Shown piece by piece: positions 54,100 through 64,000 of a stretch of DNA of 64,000 nucleotides. This DNA comes from Antedon mediterranea (Eukaryota > Animalia > Echinodermata): assembly GCF_964355755.1 (NCBI RefSeq), contig NC_092675.1:987812-1051811 (forward strand), in the 5' to 3' direction. How positions within the stretch are numbered: the stretch's first letter is position 1; every line of letters begins with the position of its first letter. The position numbers and the translations under genes are program-made. The notes beneath the pieces were generated by a model. It ran no database searches and was not told where the DNA came from. It saw only the letters and a program-made list of their open reading frames with translations.

Positions 54100-57000
54100 C
54101 TATGGCGACAACTCTCGTTCCTTTTCGTTTTTCACTGATGTTTTTTTTCCTTCAATCAATTGTTGAATACATGGCTTACACACAATCATCAAAACAGACA
54201 TGAACTGCACCATTCCTACCACAATGAACGGCTTGTAATAGCTACCATAGTAATCATGAAGAACACCTGCAACATAATAACACAAATGCATTATTACACG
54301 GTAGGCCTACTATTAGCAAACATGGACAAAACCTACTCTTTATAAAGGCTAATCCTTAAAATCATGATATCGGAGAGAGAGTAACAATTGAATCGTCTGT
54401 GCACACCATCAGTTCTATGCCTTTCATAGATAATCATAGATTATATTAACATCAGTAGTGGTACTTGTTCACAATGTCAAATTATTGTTATCGTGGCATT
54501 CGTTCACACACAGCGAGCTTGTAATTTCCAGAATTTGAAAAACAGCACAATACACAGTTTACGTGTGGAGATGACCAAATCAATAATGTAATATTTATAA
54601 CAAGACCAAGACTTACTGGCCGTCTGAATATAACGTACAAATGAATGGGTATACTTACCAGTTATTGAGCCACCAAGTAAAGCCCCAGTTCCACGAACAA
54701 GGTTAAACCAACCAAGAGCAGCAGGTAATTTATTCATACCAACGTAATCGCGAACGAGAACAGGTCCAAGTGGCATCATGATGCCAGTGGCTATACCATA
54801 TATTATAGAAAAAGTTAACAATCCAGTAAAATTTTGAAAAAGTGGGTCCATCATTAACGACAGCCAAGCAATAACAGTGCCAAATGCCAACAGACTGTAA
54901 GATGAAATAATGTTCCAATGCAAGATGCCAATCTGCGCAAGACGGCCAGTTATAGCGCCAACACCAGTGGACGAAAGAAGAATGGCTGACATTGTAGCAG
55001 AAATTTGCAACTCTTCTGCTTGTGGCGCAACGTATATTAACCACGCTTCATAAGCAAATCCACTTAATAGTATAACTGGCAACAAGATCACAAACATTGC
55101 ATTTTCACAAAATAATCTTAATTCTAAATGTCTGACAAAGCTTCTTATAATGCTTCGTAAACGTTTGCTTCTTGTTGGCTGTGTTTTATGTTTTTTATTG
55201 CCATTATTGGTGAATTGTTCGTCGGCTATATGCGAATCATCGTTTTCGTGAAGATCTACTTCTCTAAAGTCTCTGGAAAGATGAACTGGTCTCATTAGCG
55301 CTCCTCCAACAGCAATGTGCAGAGTGACACCTGATAATATTAATGCAGCTCCTCTCCAGTCATACAGTTGCAAAAATAACTACCAAAAAAAAAGGTTGTA
55401 ACCGTATAAAAATAATCTAGTTTGTGTGACATGCAAGAATTATGTAATTCGTCGATTCATAACGAAGTAAAAAGGTTTGTAAAGATTGAATACTGTAAAT
55501 TATTTAATATTTATTGTTTGTTTTGGTTTTCTAGTCTGCAAGATTAAAGCAGGTGTGTTGCAATCAGTCCTGAAGTTTAATTTAGAGCATAGAGCGAACA
55601 AATACATCCTTTATTCTGATGGTATATTTCCAGGCGTGTTTATGTGTGGCCTACTTCATCTTATAGTAAAAAATACCATAATCAGGCGTTTTAAATAAAT
55701 AGGGTTTGAAGAACAAAAGACCTCAATCCTAAGTGTCTTGGCTAAACCGGATATTTGTATGAAAGACATAGGTAATTACCTGTGCTATAGGAGGTATTGA
55801 TAGATAACCGATTGGTCCACCGAGGTAGATTATGCCATTGGCTAAAATAAATAGATTCTCGAAATACCGACTGACAATGACGACACTTGCTGTTGAAGCT
55901 AATCCAAATCCTAGACCTGAAATATCATCAACAATCAAATAAAAAATGTGTTCGTTTTTAGAAATTATACAATGAAATTGCGATTCATAAGGAATGTCAC
56001 AAGACAGAATGCCTCAATGGGTCCTAGGCATGCTGCTCTTTCTTCTAATAGTGAGTTTATGTTTAGGCCTACTTCATCAACCCTTACCATTTACAGAGTG
56101 GAACAACAACAACATACTACTTTATAATGCATGAATAATATCATACTGTAATACGTTGACATAGATAAATGTGATATTCGACAACTTTTTACAAAAGGAA
56201 GAAAAAAAATTAATTAATAATTAAAACAAAAACATCAATAGATGAGTCAATTTTAGATACATTTCAATAAATATTGAGAAACATATTGCAGGCCTAATGA
56301 TAACACGAGGTGACATCCCTTTCATGTGGTGATATTGAGAAAGATATTGCAGGCCTTTATGATCACACGAGGTGACATTCCTTTCATGTGGTGATATTGA
56401 GAAAGATATTGCAGGCCTAATGATCACACGAGGTGACATTCTTTTCATATGGTGATGCATTATCATGTTAGTTATCAGTCGAATAATCAACTTAATTTTT
56501 ACCTGGAAGAATACCTAGACCAATTGCCAAACAGAATACGTTGGTGGCGCTGTATGCAATTAGGAGTCCACTACCTGCTAACACACCTCCTACAATTCCA
56601 ATTATTCTACAACCATACTTCTTGCATAGTGCACCTGCAATAGGACCTAGAATACAGACAAAATAGATACCTTAATATTAATGCCGTAAGATAGAGCTTT
56701 AAATGCCCCCACGAAAGTCGTATTGTTTCATCTGAAATTGATTTGATCATTCTGCAATATAGTGAATGTATTTAGCACCATTTATATCTTACCAGTAGTT
56801 AACAGGAGAGTCATTGGCATTGAAACAATCCATCCAATTGTCCCAGTGTTGCTCTCAAAATTATCAACAAGTGGTGTTACAAATATGCCTAATGTTCTTG
56901 GTATTCCAAATGATATATACATGCACATAAACGATCCAACGACAACTATCCATCCCCAACCCCCATCAGGGGGATGATGTAGGTACCGAGGACGCCTTTC

Positions 57001-57889
57001 ACTCTTATGTAACTCTACTCTAAATTCATCTTCCTCGATTAGAGGCTGAAGAGCTGCTAATCTGTAGTGGAATATAAACATTATTTATGTTCATTATTGT
57101 TTATAATATTATTCCGAACAAAATTATAAAGGTGAACTCATACTTTAGAGACGGTTACTCAGTAAATTCCAAATTTTCTATAACTATAAACTATCAAAAA
57201 CGAAATTGGAAAAGTTAGTTTTTCATTGATTCACAGACATTTAATACCCAGACAAACACTCTTAAAATGGATGCCAGAGCCAAATAAAAATGACATCAGA
57301 TTTGCAGCCTTCAACACACTGTGTTTTGCAGCCTTCAACACACTGTGTTTTGCAGCCTTCAACACACTGTGTTTTGCAGCTTTCAACACACTGTGTTTTG
57401 CAGCTTTCAACACACTGTGTTTTGCAGCCTTCAACACACTGTGTTTTGCAGCCTTCAACACACTGTGTTTTGCAGCCTTTAACACACTGTGTTTGGCAGC
57501 CTTCAACACACTGTGTTTTGTAATTTGCAAATACTATAATTTCTTACTTTCAAATAAAAAAATAGTAAATAAAAAAAAAAATCAACTTTACAGACAAATT
57601 ATTTGCTTTGAAATTTAAACTTAAACTAACTGGTTACAACAATTTTAGATTAATTGTTTTCTGATTAGATTCATTTTAGATCAAAATAAAAATTGATTGA
57701 TCTTTATTGAAATACTAATTTCAGTGAAAAGTAAAATTGTTTCCTTACAACCTACGTTTGGTGACATGACATTTTCATTTTATTTTAAACCTAACTTTGA
57801 AACCTTAGAACTAGGCCCCTATACCATACCAAATCATCGAAAATATTTTACCTCATGTGTGGTTGTGATCCTTCAAAGTACGAACTCAT
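54100..57889 (-). CDS. SLC16 monocarboxylate transporter (MCT12/13-like) (exons 57889-57852, 57061-56793, 56646-56503, 55916-55780, 55379-54659, 54266-54100)
   Basis: PPDGGWGWIVVVGSF, GLGFGLA..VSRYFE..LANGI, YDWRGAALILSGVTLHIAVGGALMRP, GVLHDYYGSY. GT-AG exons in phase. Possible 5' UTR exon donor near 61539. Confidence 0.92.
56270..56455. repeat. Tandem repeat of about 59 bp, 3 copies, in MCT intron
   Basis: atattgagaaagatattgcaggcctaatgatcacacgaggtgacattcctttcatgtggtg repeated. Confidence 0.9.
57301..57520. repeat. 24-bp minisatellite, about 9 copies
   Basis: tttgcagccttcaacacactgtgt repeated. Explains ORFs 57226-57618. Confidence 0.95.
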
Positions 57890-59262
57890 TCCTTACAGAA
57901 TAATGATGTTTGTCTTATGAAGCTCCAACGAGTGAGTCAGTCAGTAATTACTGCTACCAGCATCAGGACACCAAAGTCTCAATATTACCTGTACAAAAAG
58001 ATGAGTGGTGACACGTGGTGATGTTGTGTTAATTAGTAACTAATAATTAAGGATACCTATCCTGAAGCTTATGCTACGATATTTTATTGTTGCATGCTTA
58101 AATCATTTTAATTGTATTTGGGGTTTGCAAAGACGGATGATGACAATGACATGCTTCAATGTGAATTACTAAAACGTTCCTAAAATTCTGTACACCTACT
58201 ACTAGACGTTAGCTATTTCAGATCGATTGGATACTAAAATAATTAAGCTTGTTATTTAAACTAAATTTAAGTGATATTTACAAAAGCATTAAACGCCAGT
58301 CTTGTTCTTTTGTTTATTCCACACTGTAGAAATATTTTACATAATCCGAAATCACAAAGATGACCTCTGAGTTTAGATCCAGGCATCAGGTTTTTCCAAC
58401 AACTGCGCGTTGCAGTAGTTTGCGCAGACGCGTAGCAAGTGGACCGGAACCAAGCTTAAATTACTTGCATTCATCATCCGCATTTTATATTGTCTGCAAC
58501 GTCATACCAATAAATTATTCACGCAATCAAAATTATTGAAGATAAATAAAGAAGCGCATCGTCAACAACCTGACATTATCAATTTGTTTAAATATGATAT
58601 AGTCTATGCATGGAGGTATAAATGGTCTATGTACACACGTATACTATTATACACAAACAGAAGTATAAACATTTACAATATTATATTCTTATATGAAATC
58701 AATATATAATATTATCCGGGTGTGTTGCAGGCTTTTCTTCTGTAAAGCGGTTGTGAAGTAAAACACACCCTATTTTGGGTCTGATTGTGTTTCCGATCCT
58801 ATACTGCTGTTTAATCGATGATAGAACAGAATTCAATTTCCTTATGTTAGTGACAGCAGATGAAGAAACATCAGATAAAAGCGGTTCGGTAACATATATG
58901 CTGGTTTATGAATAGGCAGCACAATAGGATTCAAAACTAAATCGTCTCGTAATGTTAAATTTGAAATAAATATCTTTATTTCAATTTATTATCTATTTTA
59001 TTTTTATGTTTTTTTCTTTGCTATGTTATGACTCGAATCATATTTCCATTTAACACACCGTCGTTTATAATATGGCAAACTACTACTTCGACACTTTTGC
59101 AAGGAGAAATCGAGGACTCGAAGACCTGATTTCTAAAGTCAGTCATGGTTTGACCGCTGTGCTTTAGGCATGGCAGTGAAAACTCAAAAACGGGATTTCC
59201 AAAATTAGAATAGAATGCCCACGTATATAAGATTTCCTTACCGAATGAGAATAAGAGTTTGG

Positions 59263-59385
59263 ACAGGCCTACGAGGTAACAAGGCCATATACCTGGCCGG
59301 CTGACAGGCCTACGAGGTTAACAAGGCCATATACCTGGCCGGCTGACAGGCCTACGAGGTTAACAAGGCCATATACCTGGCCGGC
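59263..59385. repeat. 42-bp tandem triplication of the 5' end of a Helentron-type element
   Basis: gacaggcctacgaggttaacaaggccatatacctggccggct x3, followed by gtcgcgtgctc..(ccga)n..catagtgagctgtagag. Confidence 0.8.
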
Positions 59386-62300
59386 TGGCTGCAGTCGCGT
59401 GCTCAAATTTGAGTGTTTACCGACCGACCAACCGACCAACCGACCGACCGACATAGTGAGCTGTAGAGCCGCGTTTGCAAAAAAAAAAAGAATACAACTT
59501 AGGCATAGGCGGCCTAAAGGCTTTACACGTACTGTAAATAAGTTTCGTTCATCTAAAGGTAGGCCTACACACACATTCGAGAGACAATTAACCATTCATT
59601 TTAGTAAGCCTCCTCCGTAGACCTATTAATAAATTGCACAATTTTATCACATACAAATTGTCTCCAAAGACTGGGAATGTATCTTTACTGAAATGGAAGG
59701 CGTGATATTTGTCAACACATTTGCTAGTGAGTAAACATCACACAGCCAATACACACAGAAATAGTTCAACTGTTACACATTAAAACAAGTCATAACCCAA
59801 TTCGCGTCCCTAGCAGAACATTTACATTTTCATTTTAAAATAAATACAGTAAGCAAACACAATGTACAGTTATAATTTGTTATTCCATATTTAAATATTC
59901 AATATTTAATTGAAAACAGATTCATATTGCCAAAACAAAATTGTATCTGACTTCCAATTTATATTATGCATACTGACATCCTCTCCCAGTTGGGAAAACG
60001 AATAATATAAATATACACTATATAATCTAAAGCTGGAAATATAACGTATAAAGTTCTTTCTACACTATCAAACTAGTTTGAAAAAGTGTGATATGCCCAA
60101 ATATGGTAGTGATATGCCCAAATAAAGTATATATTTTGTTGTCACATAAAGTTTGATAGTGTAGACAGAGCTTAAGAATAATCAATCATCGTTGTTAATA
60201 ATGAAAAGTAAAATAAAATGGTATAACTTGTTTTCCAAATGTTTTTTTTTTTCAAACGTTCGGCACAACCCTGTAAAAAGACAATTGATGTAAGCGGAAC
60301 TTGACACCACCAAGAACAAAAGTAAAGTAGGCCGCTCATCTTCATTTTGTCATATGCCTACAATATAATATACCGGTACTAACTGATAATATCTTTGTAT
60401 GGTTCTACCTATTCTGGACGTACGGCGTTCAATGTCATAGCGAAACCCTGGAAACACTTATAATAACATATTGAACATTACGTAAACATAAACAGCAATA
60501 TTTTTAATCCAAAAAACACGACGTGTTTAAAATGTCACTGAACTAAACATTTTACGTCACTCGATTTGCTTTACCGACTGTCGTTAATATTGTCCCTCGA
60601 CTCTCTGTTAGCTAATTCGTAGCCAAACCATTACATTATTAATCGTATTTCAACACAGAATAGTTTATGTCAACACGCAATGGACCTATTTTTCCCATAA
60701 CGTATACTTAATTGCACTATCATTTAATATAATTTCACTTGGAACAGTATTTTAAATTCATGGATTGTAAGTTTATTGAATAGCGCTAAATTGGTTAACA
60801 TTAATCATTAGATTGTGCGTTGTAAGTCCTCATCTCTAAAACAGTTCATTCCATAGAAAACTGAGGCAGCATTTTATAAAAAAAAAATATACATAGTTTT
60901 TCTTTCAATAAAAATCTCTCCACTATTAAAACTATCGAGTGCTCCTATTGTTAACTATTTGTTTCACACTCATTCATGGTATCTTCCAAAGCTAAGATCA
61001 AAACACAAACACAAACATTACATAATCGATCACCTGTATTTTGACACTTGCTCACATACATAAGATGGCTGTAATTCCAAACATACCTGACTTAGGCCTA
61101 CGATAGAGAAGACATTTATTTATAAGAATTATATAGGCCCCGGTAATATATCCATAAGTCTAATTCAATAGATACTCATCGTTCTTCTCAGCATATACAA
61201 GGCCTACAAGGCCTACAAGGCCTATTACTCCTTTCAACCTTTGAAAGGAAATCAACAAGCGTCCTTTATGACATGGACCAGGATACAGACACAAATACTT
61301 GTATAGATTATTGGTTATTTCGAGAAAAATATATCTGAACACCGCAAGTGCATTCTGTATAGGTATAAGCCTACCTCCATGAACTACGATATGAATATGT
61401 CAATTAGTAAATGTATGAATGAATGAATGTAGTAGAGGTAGTAGCGTAGTGTTTTAGACTAGTGAATGAGACATATTAAAACAGACTTATTTGAATATTT
61501 TCGCTGAAAATAACACCCTATAAAATAAGATATACTTACCTATATTTCATGATGATTGATTATATCGTGGAAGCTTATGTAAACAAGTAATTGCATGTCG
61601 ACTTATTATGATTACTACGTAGCCATTGATAATATCCAAACGTATATTAGCTTTCTCTTCCTTAAACTACTGAAGCCATATGGAGGAGTGTGCTACAGTT
61701 ACATACACAATGCAGCTGTACTTGTCTTCCTATTCATTTGCATTGCTTCGCTGCCGTAAGTATGCTTGCTGCGTTAATAACCTATCCACCTATCAGTATT
61801 AGCCGTCGTAATATTAAATACACACAACTACGTAAATACTAAACGATTTAACTGGATTTAACACTGAAGACATGCGTACGAGTAAAGTACAGCAGTTCGA
61901 TTCAAATGTATTTGCACTATATTTATTATAAAACAATACGCATTTTGATAATAAATAAAAACTCAGTGCATGAAATACACATTTTATGAAATTAAGCGCA
62001 TGAAATCCGAATAAATTTAAAACTTGAATTGATACTAATTTACTGCAGGTCTGTAGGTTTATTTAAATGTACATTTCCATACATTTCTTTAAAAAAAATT
62101 AACCTTTGTATTTTAACTTTTTGTATTTTGTCTTGTTAAGATTTTTCATCTGCACATTGAATTATTTTGATGAGTTGATTACTAAAAGGACGACCGGGCT
62201 AATTTCAACCTCGTTGTTGCCTAGGTTTTAACAAGCTCTTGAATCGGCTCGTAGGGCTACATGTTGCTAATGCGGCGAATTTAGTTCAAACAATATTAAG

Positions 62301-63638
62301 CCGGGCTAAATAAACTTCAAAGTGAATCTATGTGTAAAAATATGATGAGGAACTAATAAAAGTAGGCCTACCTGGGTACTACGATATCAAGGTTGGTTTA
62401 TAACCTAGCATCTTCTCATTTATTTCTATTCTGTATACTGATACGATGCATCGAAGCACGTCGCAGAATGTATAGGCCCTACTTATTGTATATTGATGCA
62501 GCTTGCATTTCTTATTGATTATTCAACTTATTAGTCATTGAGATGTACTATTGGTTGGATTATGAAGGTAATTGCATGTAATCAAGGACACACGCAATCC
62601 ATTGATGTGCATTGAATACGAAACACACAACAAATACAACTTGCGGTAAAACACACGCGTAAATAACGAACTATAAAGTATAAAAATAAGTAAGAGTAAT
62701 TTTTTATTCAAATTTTATTTCTGAAGCGAATAAAACAAGTGATGTACAAACACGGCTCTAATTCTATCACGTATGTCTACTTGGTTCCCACTAAAGACAC
62801 AAGGCAAGTACGTAAGCGCAACGTCGCTTGTCATTGGTCAAGTTCGTTCACGTGTTCTTGCATTGCGTCTCTCTAAGTGGTAGCGCTTATTTACCTTCTT
62901 ATTCCTACAGTAAACAAACAAAAGATCTAAAACTCTGTGCCCAAATATGGTAGTGATATACCCAAACATGGTAGTGATATGACATCATCATGTTCATATA
63001 TGGGCACATCACATTTTGTTGTCACATATAGAGTTTTACATTAGTCATTTTTATAAGGAACTTCATAACACAATTGAATTCAGGATTTTAAAAAACCTGT
63101 TCCCATCAATGATTATTATTGAAACAACATACCAAAACACTTTTTTTCCACAAAAAGGGGAAAAAATTGTAATGAGCATCATTTTTCTCTAGGTTGAAAA
63201 GGACACTTCAGAAAAAGTAGGCCCCACCACCCCTTGCTACAGGCTTTAGACTATTTATAGACTTTAGACATTAATTATCTCAATTACACTGGAACAAATA
63301 TAGATACATCTAGAATGAATCTCATCTCGATGTACTGATCTGTGTACTACAAGTCTGGCCATCTGAATATAATATTATGTTCTCTTGTATGTTTATCATA
63401 CAGTCTATACCAAAATTATAAATCACTTTTGGAGTAAATGTACTTTATATATACATGTAGTAAAAACTGGATATTGAAAATGAAGATCTCTCAGAATTGA
63501 AGAAATAAACAATTTAAATAAATCAGAGAGACATGAGTTACTCAGAGCTTCATGCTCAGTACATTCTACAGTGACCTTTACAGTCCAGTCTTTTTCAAAC
63601 TTTTGCAAATCTAACAGTTTTTGTTGTGTACATTAATC

Positions 63639-63874
63639 TCATTGTACCAGTCTGTAGGAGATATAGCGGCCAGCCGTCTCACTTGGTCGAATGATCTTCA
63701 CAACCTGCAACAAATTATTCAAATATTAAAGTTTGCTACTAATGTAACCTACCATAATATTAAGAAACATAAAACAATAATTTAAGAAATAATACCTGTC
63801 CTCTCTTGAGACCAAAGTATCTTGCAACTGGGTCACCCACTTGTATTCTTGGTAATTGATGTTCCTTTAATTTA
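63639..63874 (-). CDS. POLR2E: RNA polymerase I/II/III common subunit RPB5, last two coding exons (63874-63796, 63704-63639); rest lies beyond window end
   Basis: [26 protein letters not shown] and [21 protein letters not shown] form the diagnostic RPB5 C-terminus. Not in the ORF track. Confidence 0.97.
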
Positions 63875-64000
63875 CTATGGTGCATTAATTAAGGTTGTCA
63901 TTTATTTTAAAAAAAAACATCAATGACATTCTACTGCAGGATTGTATGTTTTAAAACCATGTGTGTATTTAGTATCATTTAGTAGCATTGCAGAGGTCAC

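Noticed and set aside
57226-57618. KAAKHSVL / FAAFNTLC repeat ORFs
   Set aside because: 24-bp minisatellite in an MCT intron with no splice or start support.

Overview
AT-rich, intron-containing animal genomic DNA, not prokaryotic. Gene and repeat style suggest a marine invertebrate deuterostome such as an echinoderm (inference). Spliced genes reconstructed by eye: glutamate dehydrogenase (-, runs off the left edge), a CENP-U-like gene (+) head-to-head with it, a divergent SLC15/POT peptide transporter (+), two tandem paralogous TIE-like Ig-Ig-EGF-Ig-FN3 single-pass receptors (-), an SLC16/MCT transporter (-), and the last two exons of POLR2E/RPB5 (-). Repeats include PIF-, Kolobok-, hAT-, Mutator- and IS3EU-like non-autonomous elements, Helitrons, Helentron-type elements, tRNA SINEs, a LINE 3' end and several minisatellites. 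The receptor pair is the most unusual feature. Both lack a kinase and end in a short tail with tyrosine motifs. They differ in FN3 number (8 vs 2) and show mosaic identity. Each has a separate lesion that could cut off the tail: a stop-containing 12-nt microexon in copy A, and a 21 x 64-bp array amplifying a 5' splice site in copy B. Exon boundaries were read manually and have not been checked against transcripts.
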